32,000 nucleotides of DNA, taken from assembly GCF_000148385.1 (NCBI RefSeq), contig NC_014537.1, forward strand, positions 2,250,001 to 2,282,000, written 5' to 3'. Under the pieces are notes generated by a model. That model was not told the DNA's origin and ran no database searches. It saw only the letters and a program-made list of their open reading frames with translations. Of the stretch, positions 1-8,066 are shown piece by piece. The stretch's first letter is position 1; every line of letters starts with the position of its first letter. Origin of the DNA: Vulcanisaeta distributa DSM 14429. Its GTDB lineage: Archaea > Thermoproteota > Thermoprotei > Thermoproteales > Thermocladiaceae. The position numbers and the translations under genes were made by a program.

Positions 1-11
1 GAAAGTAATTA

Positions 12-61
12 GTGATGATGCGTCCCGTTGCGGAATAATGACGAGCCTAACTCCTCGCTGA
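12..61 (+). ncRNA. candidate C/D box sRNA (weak, at window edge)
   Basis: GTGATGA (12-18), 12 nt, CGGA (31-34), ata, ATGACGA (38-44), 13 nt, CTGA (58-61). The C and D boxes are perfect and the internal boxes are degenerate. Upstream context is cut off by the window edge. Confidence 0.3.
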
Positions 62-121
62 GGTGCAGATTTTGCACATAAAATAATGTATTAAGGCATT
101 GATAAAGCAGTGAAATAGGCA

Positions 122-1498
122 ATGCGTAATGTCGCAATTAATGAGTATAGGCATGAGAAGGCCTCCCTAGACCTAATTGAAAGACTCCACAGTAGGGTCG
201 GTATTAAGCAAGGTGGGCATGGCATTAATGGGCTTAGGGAATTATTGAAGGGGAGGTTACGTGAAAACAGGAACTTAGTTCTCTCGCTAAGTCTCTGTAT
301 GGGCTGCGGTGCATGCCTAATGGTATGCCCCGCATATCTAACGACGCGCAACATCAAGAATTCACCACTTGGTAGGATAGCTCTGGCAAGGTCATTAATG
401 CGTGGTCCCGTTAATGAGGACTTAATAAACGAGGCATATACGTACTTTTGGCAATGCTTAACATGCAGGAGATGCGCCTGGACCTGCCCCTTCGGTGTCG
501 ACGTCGCCGACATCTCAAGGACCATTAGATCGCTACTCTACGAAATAGGTTTGGCGCCTAACTACGTAGCGGGAGTAATAAATAACCTGGAATCCACAGG
601 GAACTTCCTCGGCCTGCCCGAGGACGTAATTAAGGAAATAATACTAAACGTGGCCAATCAAATCAAGCTTGAGAAGGGCGTTGACATTAGGGTTAAGATT
701 AATGAACCCGCCTACGCCCTGTTGCTCCCATCGGCCTGCGCCGACTATACGGTGGCTATAAACACGCTTAAGGGCTACATACTACTGCTCAATGAGTTGG
801 GTATAGACTTCACCCTAAGCACTAGGGCGCCTGACATAACGAATTATGGCTTATTCATGGATGAGAGGCACATGAGGCTCATAGCGGAGAGAATCATTGA
901 GGAGGCGCGTAGGTTAGGCGTGAAGTTAGTGATAGCTGGTGAGTGTGGTCATGGCTGGAGGGTGTTCAAGAACTACGTGGTGCCAAGGCTTAGGGAGTAC
1001 GGCATTGAGGGGACGCACATAATCTACATAGCCGCAGACGCCATAAGGAGGGGCTTAATCAAGCTTGATCCATCACTCAATGGCAACCTGACCTACATAT
1101 ACATGGACCCGTGCCACTACGCCAGGGGTGGGGACCTCACCAGGGAACCAAGACTCGTAATGAGGCATGTCGTGGCTCGTTACGTAGAGTTGAATGATAA
1201 GCCCGAGTTAGCGATATGCTGTGGGGGGACGAGTGGTATGTTGGCCAGGGAAATGGAGGGATTATCCATTAAATACGCAGAGCTTTGGTACTCAAAGGTA
1301 ATTGATAAGGGCGCCAATTGTGTGGTGGTGCCATGCGCAGCCTGTAAATTGCAAATGGATAGGGTATTACCAAGACTGAATAAGTTATATAATCGTGAAT
1401 TAACATTCACGGGACTAATGGACCTGGTGTACAAAGCTATGATACCAGTAAAGATAGGCACAGGCAAGGGTAAAATAGCTAATTCCAACGATGAGTAA
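122..1498 (+). CDS. Fe-S oxidoreductase subunit, HdrD/GlpC-like (2x[4Fe-4S] ferredoxin motifs plus Cys-rich CCG-type segments)
   Basis: 458-aa ORF with an ATG start. Two CxxCxxCxxxCP motifs (CMGCGACLMVCP, CLTCRRCAWTCP), then CCGG and PCAACK cysteine motifs typical of heterodisulfide-reductase D-like proteins. Confidence 0.8.
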   Translation: MRNVAINEYRHEKASLDLIERLHSRVGIKQGGHGINGLRELLKGRLRENRNLVLSLSLCMGCGACLMVCPAYLTTRNIKNSPLGRIALARSLMRGPVNEDLINEAYTYFWQCLTCRRCAWTCPFGVDVADISRTIRSLLYEIGLAPNYVAGVINNLESTGNFLGLPEDVIKEIILNVANQIKLEKGVDIRVKINEPAYALLLPSACADYTVAINTLKGYILLLNELGIDFTLSTRAPDITNYGLFMDERHMRLIAERIIEEARRLGVKLVIAGECGHGWRVFKNYVVPRLREYGIEGTHIIYIAADAIRRGLIKLDPSLNGNLTYIYMDPCHYARGGDLTREPRLVMRHVVARYVELNDKPELAICCGGTSGMLAREMEGLSIKYAELWYSKVIDKGANCVVVPCAACKLQMDRVLPRLNKLYNRELTFTGLMDLVYKAMIPVKIGTGKGKIANSNDE

Positions 1499-1794
1499 TG
1501 CCTTTAATTAAGTCCTTCAACTCCACCTCAATGATTGATTACACATTTTACAAACATGTCATGGAGTTTCTAGTCAAGTACCTGGGCCTTGAGAATGAAT
1601 TATTATACATGAGCGTCCTTCGCTATAATGAGACGGTAAATGGCGTGAAGGCCTTAGTAGCCATTTATCGAGTAAACAGAGGAGAACTAATTACTTACTG
1701 CGTAGTAAAATTCGATAATTTGGCAGGCAAAGCCGAGCCAACATGCAGTGAGGATAGGAAATACGTGGAAAGGATTTACGAGGAAATGACTTAG
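1498..1794 (+). CDS. hypothetical small protein, translationally coupled to the Fe-S protein gene
   Basis: 98-aa ORF whose ATG overlaps the upstream stop (TAATG). I recognised no motif. Confidence 0.45.
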   Translation: MPLIKSFNSTSMIDYTFYKHVMEFLVKYLGLENELLYMSVLRYNETVNGVKALVAIYRVNRGELITYCVVKFDNLAGKAEPTCSEDRKYVERIYEEMT

Positions 1795-1849
1795 CGTAAA
1801 GTTGGACCATGAGACCTGAAGCGCCGTATAAGGCATTACACTGAAAAGC

Positions 1850-1857
1850 TTAAAATT
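1850..1857 (+). promoter_or_regulatory. TATA-like box for tRNA-Pro
   Basis: TTAAAATT centred about 25 nt upstream of the tRNA 5' end at 1878. Confidence 0.4.
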
Positions 1858-1877
1858 GCCCATGGGAATGATAGCTT

Positions 1878-1996
1878 GGGGCCGTAGTCTAGCCTGGCTA
1901 GGATGCACCAGGTTATGCCCTGGGTCCAACGGCCTGGGGAGCAATCCCCGCACGGTACGCCGGTGATCCCGGGTTCAAATCCCGGCGGCCCCACCA
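1878..1996 (+). tRNA. tRNA-Pro (anticodon GGG at 1936-1938) with two introns, CCA encoded
   Basis: Acceptor GGGGCCG/CGGCCCC, T arm CCGGG-TTCAAAT-CCCGG, discriminator A plus CCA. The gene is 119 nt, versus 78 nt expected for the mature tRNA. My best parse removes 1907-1929 (23 nt, inside the anticodon stem) and 1941-1958 (18 nt, at or next to position 37/38). That leaves stem CCGGC/GCCGG and loop CTGGGGA (U33, G37). Confidence 0.75.
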
Positions 1997-2090
1997 CGGA
2001 ACATTTATGTTGGATAAGGGTTTATTACCGTTATTGAAAATTGAAATGTGAAGGCGTAGTTGCATTCATGGCCGTGAGTTGGAGCATACG

Positions 2091-2384
2091 TTACACGCCT
2101 ATTTCCTGGAAGATCCTGTGCTTGGGCTTGTCCTCTAGGATCGTTCTTCCATACGTTATGGTCTCCTTATACTCCCTACTCATTATGAACCTTTTAAATG
2201 ATTCCAAATCTCTCCATTCACTATATATTAGGTATTCCGATGGATCATCAACGCTTCTATAGAGTTTTGCGTTTATGAAGCCGTCCACGTTTTCCCTAAG
2301 GAAGTTTAAAACCTCATTAAACATTCTCTCAAACTCCTCCTCATGACCCCTCTTAACCCTATAATACAGACCAACACTTATCAT
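2091..2384 (-). CDS. ABM-type (antibiotic biosynthesis monooxygenase-like) dimeric alpha/beta-barrel protein
   Basis: 97-aa ORF. The size and the pattern YRVKRGHEEEF...YLIYSEWRDLESFKRF resemble the ABM/ferredoxin-like fold family. Confidence 0.55.
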   Translation of the reverse strand: MISVGLYYRVKRGHEEEFERMFNEVLNFLRENVDGFINAKLYRSVDDPSEYLIYSEWRDLESFKRFIMSREYKETITYGRTILEDKPKHRIFQEIGV

Positions 2385-2415
2385 TTAAATCACCCATTAC
2401 TCTATCCCACATAAT

Positions 2416-2778
2416 TTACTGTTCAGTCAGGTTAAACATTGATTCATTTATTGTCACAACCTTACCATCATAATCCTCAACCCTTACACTCCTTTCACCA
2501 CCACTTATGGAGATGAGCACTGTCTTAACCCTACCAATGTTGCCTACCGCGATGGCCCTCTGAATTATTCTCCTGAACTCCTTATAATGATCTCCACAAC
2601 AAAAATACAACCTAGCACCAGCAACCTCCTGATAAGCCCCACTCCACGGCTTACCGCACACTTTACATCTAAGCGTTCCATCAATACTCAGGTAAGTGCC
2701 TGTCCTCCTATTATCACCACATAATGCGCATCCCGTGTACTCATCGCCAACCTCCCTGCCATTAATTATCACCTTCAT
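2416..2778 (-). CDS. Cys-rich putative zinc-binding protein (TRASH/zinc-ribbon-like)
   Basis: 120-aa ORF with CALCGD, CKVCGK and FCCGDHY cysteine motifs. I did not identify a family with confidence. Confidence 0.5.
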   Translation of the reverse strand: MKVIINGREVGDEYTGCALCGDNRRTGTYLSIDGTLRCKVCGKPWSGAYQEVAGARLYFCCGDHYKEFRRIIQRAIAVGNIGRVKTVLISISGGERSVRVEDYDGKVVTINESMFNLTEQ

Positions 2779-2898
2779 AATACTAAATCATTAATTATCT
2801 TACATTTATTGTGTTTGCGGCTTCTAATCTTTTATGAACAGTTATATTTATTAATATTTACTTCAATACAAATAAATATATTAACCATTGGCCAAGCA

Positions 2899-2905
2899 TT
2901 TTAAA
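2899..2905 (+). promoter_or_regulatory. TATA-like box for the C/D box sRNA
   Basis: TTTTAAA centred at 2902, about 25 nt upstream of the C box start at 2928. Confidence 0.4.
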
Positions 2906-2927
2906 CCCGCCCCACGCATTTCTAACT

Positions 2928-2976
2928 GTGATGTTAGGGAGTACGGCTGAGGGTTGATGATGTGGTCCTTCGCTGA
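2928..2976 (+). ncRNA. C/D box sRNA (2'-O-methylation guide) candidate
   Basis: Canonical layout: C GTGATGT (2928-2934), 12-nt guide tagggagtacgg, D' CTGA (2947-2950), ggg, C' TTGATGA (2954-2960), 12-nt guide tgtggtccttcg, D CTGA (2973-2976). Possible flanking stem ctaa/ttag. It has its own TATA upstream. Confidence 0.6.
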
Positions 2977-2988
2977 CGACTTAGTAAA

Positions 2989-2999
2989 GTTTTTAATTT
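2989..2999 (+). promoter_or_regulatory. TATA box of rps8
   Basis: GTTTTTAATTT centred 27 nt upstream of ATG 3021. The same 11-mer occurs at 13959-13969. Confidence 0.5.
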
Positions 3000-3020
3000 G
3001 CGTCTCTGCACGTTGGTTGT

Positions 3021-3413
3021 ATGGTAATGCTTGATGTCCTGGCGAATGCATTGACGATGATTAAGAATGCGGAGATGAGGGGCCATAGGGAGGTGATTAT
3101 TTGGCCTTCTTCTAAACTTGTTGGTAATGTTCTCAGGGTTATGCAGAGGTATGGCTATGTTGGTGAGATTGAGTTTATTGAGGATGGTAGGGGTGGTAAG
3201 TTTAAGGTTCAACTTCTCGGCAAGATAAACGATGTCGGCGCCATAAAGCCCAGGTTCAGCGTTAAGGTTTCTGAGCTAATGAGGTGGGAGGAGAAGTACT
3301 TACCGGCAAGGAATGTGGGCATACTGATCCTTAGCACGTCTAAGGGCGTATTATCGCATTTAGAGGCTAGGCAGATGAACGTTGGCGGCGTATTAATTGC
3401 ATACGTCTATTAA
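3021..3413 (+). CDS. rps8p: 30S ribosomal protein S8 (uS8)
   Basis: 130 aa. [12 protein letters not shown]...[16 protein letters not shown]...[28 protein letters not shown] is the uS8 pattern. Confidence 0.93.
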   Translation: MVMLDVLANALTMIKNAEMRGHREVIIWPSSKLVGNVLRVMQRYGYVGEIEFIEDGRGGKFKVQLLGKINDVGAIKPRFSVKVSELMRWEEKYLPARNVGILILSTSKGVLSHLEARQMNVGGVLIAYVY

Positions 3414-3420
3414 TGGTGGT

Positions 3421-3431
3421 AAATTTAAAAA
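3421..3431 (+). promoter_or_regulatory. TATA-like box of rpl32e
   Basis: AAATTTAAAAA centred about 29 nt upstream of ATG 3455. This supports the long N-terminal form of the protein. Confidence 0.4.
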
Positions 3432-3454
3432 GGCATTAACAGGGTGCTTCTGCG

Positions 3455-4060
3455 ATGTCCACGGAGGAGAGTAAGCCCACGGAGCAGGAGGCCCAACAGC
3501 AACCAAGTGGTGAGCAGGTGCAGGCAGAGACTCAAGCGCAGTCTGCTCAACAGTCACAGCAAACCACTGAGCAGGCAGTGGCTAAGCCAGAGGCCAAGCC
3601 GGAGGTTAAGGAGGTTAAGTTGCCGAGGCCCAGGGTCTCGCTGAGTGGTAAGTTGAGGCAATTATTGAGGCTTAGGTTGTTAATGGAAAGGAGGGAGCCG
3701 CGTTGGATGAGGATGGATGAGTGGAGGTACCTGAGGGTTGCTCATGGTGAGCATTGGCGTAGGCCCAGGGGTAATGATAATAAGATTAGGCTTGAGATTA
3801 AGGGTTACCCGAAGAGGGTTAAGGTTGGTTATGGAAAGCCGAGGCTTACCAGGAACTTACACCCAAGTGGTTTTAAGTTGGTTATTGTTCATAGGCCTGA
3901 GGATGTGGATAAGGTCGACCCGGCCAGGGAGGCCATTGTGATTGGCAGGACCGTAGGCCTTAGGAAGAGGGTTGAGATAGTTAGGAGGGCTATTGAGAGG
4001 GGCGTGAGGGTCATTAACGTCACTAAGGACGTAATTGAGGAATTAAGGAGGGCCCAGTGA
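3455..4060 (+). CDS. rpl32e: 50S ribosomal protein L32e (eL32) with a Q/E/A-rich N-terminal extension
   Basis: The C-terminal ~130 aa carry WRRPRGNDNKIRLEIKGYPKRVKVGYG...HPSGF, the eL32 signature. The first ~70 aa are low complexity (EQEAQQQPSGEQVQAETQAQSAQQSQQ). Confidence 0.9.
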   Translation: MSTEESKPTEQEAQQQPSGEQVQAETQAQSAQQSQQTTEQAVAKPEAKPEVKEVKLPRPRVSLSGKLRQLLRLRLLMERREPRWMRMDEWRYLRVAHGEHWRRPRGNDNKIRLEIKGYPKRVKVGYGKPRLTRNLHPSGFKLVIVHRPEDVDKVDPAREAIVIGRTVGLRKRVEIVRRAIERGVRVINVTKDVIEELRRAQ

Positions 4061-5980
4061 TTACGCCTTCAACTTCTCATTGAACCAATCAACAATAGCC
4101 TTCAACCTAACCATTCTGTGGCTGGGCTTACCGAACCTCGATAGGTCATGATTCTCGCCTGGAAACACAACCATCTTAACCTCCTTACCCAGGTACTTGA
4201 GTGCCGTGTATAGTTGTATGGCCTGCTCAAACCAACAGCGGTAGTCCTCGAGTGAGTGTATTATCAGTAATGGAGTCTTAACATTCTTCACGTACATAAT
4301 CGGCGACTTAACCATATAACTCTCTAGGTATGTCCAGAAGTCTCTGTCCTCACCACCACCGATTTGGTCATTGGCGAAGTAGGGCCCAATATCACTTGCA
4401 CCGAAGAAACTCACCCAGTTGGATATTGACCTATCCGTAATTGCAGCCCTGAACCTATCCGTATGCGTTATTACCCAATTGGTCATGAAGCCACCGTATG
4501 AACCACCAATGACCCCCAGCCGATTTGGGTCTATGAAGTCGTAATTCTTAATTACGTAGTCAAGGCCCTCCATTAAATCTTCATAATCCCTTTCGCCATA
4601 GTGCCCACGTATGTCTGCGAACTCCTCATCATAACCATCACTGCCCCTGGGATTCATGAAAACAACCACAAAGCCCTCACTAGCTAATAACTGGAATTCA
4701 AACATGAATGAGTAGCCATAGGCCGTCTTTGGGCCACCGTGAATCTCCAGAACCGCTGGATACCTAATGCCCTGTTTAAACCCTGTAGGTCTCATTAACC
4801 AGCCCTCAACCTCTCTACCATCGCTCGCACGGAACCTGAAGGGTTCGGGTCTTGAGAGCTCCACTGAGTTGACCCAGTCATTGAAGTTAGTTATCCTCTC
4901 CTCACTGCCATTGAACCACCTATATAGTTCAGTGGGTCTCAGTGGATCCATAGAGATGAAGTAAATGGTGCCATCCTTCATGACCGCGAAATCCTCTATA
5001 CTCCTCTCACCGCTAATCACGACATCAACACCACCATTGACACTAGCCCTAACCAGCTTTGACGCACCACCATCCATCATTATGAAGTAGACCCAATCAC
5101 CAACCCACTGAAGCCTTATCGGTGGTGGTGAACCCCTAACATCACTATTAAGGCTATTACCAACATTTCTATCGACACTCCTCATTAAATCAATGACCTC
5201 ACCACCCTCAGACCTAACAAGCATTACGTGGTCATGGGTAGCAAAACCCCTATGAAGGTCATTACCCACCAAAGCCAGGTACTTACCATCTGGCGACCAC
5301 TTAATTGCCGACACACTATAGTTACTAAGGACTGAATACCTCTCACCACTCTCTAAATTTACCACCCAAACCTCATTCCTGTAGGGCTTAAACTTGTTAG
5401 TGCTCACGGCAATGGCGACCCTCCTACCACTGGGCTCAACATCATAGGCAACAACATCGAAGTCCCCACTAGTTATTTGCCTAATTGAACCACCTAAATC
5501 AAGTGAGAATAGGTGCGATTTAAACGTGTGTATGAATCCCCTGCCATTAAACCAGAGGGGCCAATCCTCAACAAACTTAACATCCTCCTGAACAGGACCA
5601 ACATTACTCATGAAGTACATTACGCCATTAATAATTCGTAAATCATTAACGCCACCACCAATGTAAGCCACCTTCATGGCTTCACCACCATCAAACGGTA
5701 GGTACCAAACCTCAACGCCAGGTTTATCCTTACCAAACCCCCTCCTTGTTAGGAACACTAAGCCCTTACCGCTTAGAATCCTTGGTGAAAAGTCGTTATT
5801 ACCCCTCGTAACCTGCCTAAGGGTCTTACCATCATAAACCCAAACATTTCTCTCGTAATCCTCTAGGGAATCCGCAATCTTAGAGACGGTAAAAGCCAGG
5901 AGACCACCTTCAACGTCTGCATTTAGGTCATGGACCATCCTAACGAGCCTCAAGTCCTCAATTAACAACCTCCTAACCAT
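4061..5980 (-). CDS. S9-family serine peptidase (acylaminoacyl-peptidase / prolyl-oligopeptidase-like): beta-propeller plus alpha/beta hydrolase
   Basis: 639 aa. Nucleophile elbow GGSYGGFM, downstream acid (IHSLEDYRC) and His (GENHDL). Long N-terminal repeat region typical of propeller domains. Confidence 0.85.
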   Translation of the reverse strand: MVRRLLIEDLRLVRMVHDLNADVEGGLLAFTVSKIADSLEDYERNVWVYDGKTLRQVTRGNNDFSPRILSGKGLVFLTRRGFGKDKPGVEVWYLPFDGGEAMKVAYIGGGVNDLRIINGVMYFMSNVGPVQEDVKFVEDWPLWFNGRGFIHTFKSHLFSLDLGGSIRQITSGDFDVVAYDVEPSGRRVAIAVSTNKFKPYRNEVWVVNLESGERYSVLSNYSVSAIKWSPDGKYLALVGNDLHRGFATHDHVMLVRSEGGEVIDLMRSVDRNVGNSLNSDVRGSPPPIRLQWVGDWVYFIMMDGGASKLVRASVNGGVDVVISGERSIEDFAVMKDGTIYFISMDPLRPTELYRWFNGSEERITNFNDWVNSVELSRPEPFRFRASDGREVEGWLMRPTGFKQGIRYPAVLEIHGGPKTAYGYSFMFEFQLLASEGFVVVFMNPRGSDGYDEEFADIRGHYGERDYEDLMEGLDYVIKNYDFIDPNRLGVIGGSYGGFMTNWVITHTDRFRAAITDRSISNWVSFFGASDIGPYFANDQIGGGEDRDFWTYLESYMVKSPIMYVKNVKTPLLIIHSLEDYRCWFEQAIQLYTALKYLGKEVKMVVFPGENHDLSRFGKPSHRMVRLKAIVDWFNEKLKA

Positions 5981-6023
5981 TAATAATACAGGAACCCATT
6001 AGGCTATTAAGATTTCACCCTGG

Positions 6024-6431
6024 TCAATGGACAAGTAATCCAATCACCACGATTATAAACATAAGCTCAGCAATCTCGTAATAACCATAACGTCTGAGAT
6101 TGCTGCGATTACGTGATAGGTAACTCAACGCACCCCTCATGTATAGGTAAGTTCCACCCACATGTATCACCAGAAATAGTACCGTTAACCCTAGTAATGC
6201 AATGCTGTAATGGTTTATTAATAGGTACGTTAGAAGTAGCACGTAGTAAGTACTCTCGTAAATGGCTATTGGCAGACCAACGGACCTCGGTATTACTAAG
6301 TATCTAAGGCTGATTAATGCCACTGTGGTATGTATGATGATCATGGGAATTGTAAGGGCAAGCATTAATACGGATAGCACAATGTGGCATTGATACTCTG
6401 TAATAAAATCCTTATCTACGTAACCGCCCAT
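6024..6431 (-). CDS. hypothetical integral membrane protein
   Basis: 135-aa ORF with about 4 hydrophobic segments. No motif recognised. Confidence 0.45.
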   Translation of the reverse strand: MGGYVDKDFITEYQCHIVLSVLMLALTIPMIIIHTTVALISLRYLVIPRSVGLPIAIYESTYYVLLLTYLLINHYSIALLGLTVLFLVIHVGGTYLYMRGALSYLSRNRSNLRRYGYYEIAELMFIIVVIGLLVH

Positions 6432-6634
6432 GAGCCTAATACGGCACCTAGTATTGAGCTAAGGCAGGATTGGGAGCAATAACTTTAGTGTATGTCAATA
6501 TCATGAAATAATCAATGCTAGTTGGTACTACATATTCATGGTGTGGGGCATAAGGAATAGAAGGCCTAACACTTGACAAATTAATAATTAAGAATTCGGC
6601 TTTTCAGGATCGTGAATTTTGAAAAACCTTTTTA

Positions 6635-6949
6635 TTGGCTCTAAGGGAATTGAGCAACGTGGCTAAGCTCAATAGGTTGTTACTATTTGCCTTTGCATCA
6701 AATAGTGTGGAGCCTATGAGCCTCGCAGTGATGCACCAAAATGATATTGAGTTGTCGTTGTCAGTTATATCAATATCTGCGGTCGCATTAACAGTCTACC
6801 TACTCATTAAAAGGTATTGGGGCCCCGGTGGCCTTTATAGACATGCCTTGTCTGTCTCAACACCGATGGCCTATGCCCAATTATCCGCGTGGCTGACTAG
6901 TTATTTCTTATACCTTGTATTTACGGTACATATCATTCTACGTACTTAA
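6635..6949 (+). CDS. hypothetical membrane protein, possibly the 5' part of a frameshifted gene
   Basis: Hydrophobic ORF. The track start is TTG, but an in-frame GTG at 6659 sits about 27 nt after the TATA-like CTTTTTATT. The 3' end overlaps the next membrane ORF in the +1 frame. Confidence 0.4.
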   Translation: MALRELSNVAKLNRLLLFAFASNSVEPMSLAVMHQNDIELSLSVISISAVALTVYLLIKRYWGPGGLYRHALSVSTPMAYAQLSAWLTSYFLYLVFTVHIILRT

Positions 6950-7706
6950 CATACCAGACACATGGGCTAAGCTATTAACCGTAGCAATACCAATTGCGTC
7001 ATCAATACTCGTGTTTACGGAACTCTCGTACTGGTTCCTCCTGGGCACCGCGATTATCGGCATCGCGTTATCCATACCGCTTAACTGGAGGTATAGCCTA
7101 GTATTAACGCCCACACCATTAACTAACCTATTCACTGGTATCTTCTCATCCAGTCTTCTCCTGATCTGCATAACCCTAACTCCCTACGTAGATGCTGACC
7201 CAAGGGATGCTAAACTCGTTCTATACGCATTTTACGCGTCAGCAATCCTAATGATCATAGGTAATCTATTCAAACCACCGGCTATTATATACGAGCTTCA
7301 ATCAATCGGCATATTCTCATTGATCGTAGTTGAGTACATTGCCATATACAACCTATTAACGAGGGAGGTTAGGGTTAATCGCCTGATATATGCCGTGCCC
7401 ATATTGGCCACGGCATTGGCAGCACTTAGCCTGGTTAATTACGACCTTTTCTACGACTACACCATATACCTATCCCTGGCGGCGCTCTACGTATCCCTAG
7501 CCCTAGGCCTAGTGCCTGTATACGCAGTCTCAAAACCGTGGGGCATGCTCCTAGCCGCCATAGATGTTGGTTTAATGGCCCTTGGCGAGTACTCCCTCTT
7601 AACTCAAGCCGGCGGTATATACGTATCGGCTGTGGTGCTCAGCATGCTGGGGCCGGCATTAACTGGTTTATTGGCCTGGTTAATAAGGCGTCTAAGTAAT
7701 CGTTAA
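6915..7706 (+). CDS. hypothetical polytopic membrane protein (no ATG start; see frameshift finding)
   Basis: 263-aa ORF, very hydrophobic (7 or more segments). There is no ATG and no promoter-like element near its 5' end. Confidence 0.5.
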   Translation: MYLRYISFYVLNIPDTWAKLLTVAIPIASSILVFTELSYWFLLGTAIIGIALSIPLNWRYSLVLTPTPLTNLFTGIFSSSLLLICITLTPYVDADPRDAKLVLYAFYASAILMIIGNLFKPPAIIYELQSIGIFSLIVVEYIAIYNLLTREVRVNRLIYAVPILATALAALSLVNYDLFYDYTIYLSLAALYVSLALGLVPVYAVSKPWGMLLAAIDVGLMALGEYSLLTQAGGIYVSAVVLSMLGPALTGLLAWLIRRLSNR

Positions 7707-7823
7707 GGATTAGGACGTGCTTTTATATCACTTATCTCGTTTATACTTAGCATAATCATTAAGTCATTAGGGCATTAAAAATGCAGGAAAATAGGGTTGT
7801 GCCTTATTTAAGCATGGGCCTTA

Positions 7824-8066
7824 TTATTTAACCGTTAGTTTCCTGGCCTCCCTCTCCGTCTCCCTAAGCATCACTATATCTCCAACCCTAACAGGGCCCT
7901 TGATGTTTCTGGTTATTACCCTACCCTTATCCCTACCTTCGAGTATCCTAACCCTAACAATACTAACCTCACCGGCTATACCAGTCCTACCCAGTATCTG
8001 GACTACCAATGCGGCGACGGCATCCTCATACGGACTAAACCTCTCAACCTTAGTCTCCTCACTCAC
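7824..8066 (-). CDS. rps28e: 30S ribosomal protein S28e (eS28)
   Basis: 80 aa. [24 protein letters not shown]...[21 protein letters not shown] is the eS28 pattern. The GTG start overlaps the rpl7ae stop (GTGA). Confidence 0.93.
   Translation of the reverse strand: MSEETKVERFSPYEDAVAALVVQILGRTGIAGEVSIVRVRILEGRDKGRVITRNIKGPVRVGDIVMLRETEREARKLTVK

Noticed and set aside
91-525. 144-aa ORF on the minus strand
   Set aside because: It lies entirely antisense to the motif-rich Fe-S protein gene (122-1498) and has no motifs of its own. It is a shadow ORF.
2935-2946. The sRNA D' guide resembles the conserved 16S segment GGGGAGUACGG, suggesting a 16S target
   Set aside because: The similarity is in the same polarity as the rRNA, not complementary, so it cannot be the guide-target duplex. 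The minus strand has no C/D boxes.
3683-4060. Shorter L32e starting at the internal Met (MERREP...)
   Set aside because: There is no TATA-like element about 27 nt upstream of 3683, whereas one is correctly spaced for ATG 3455. I kept the long form, but this remains unproven.
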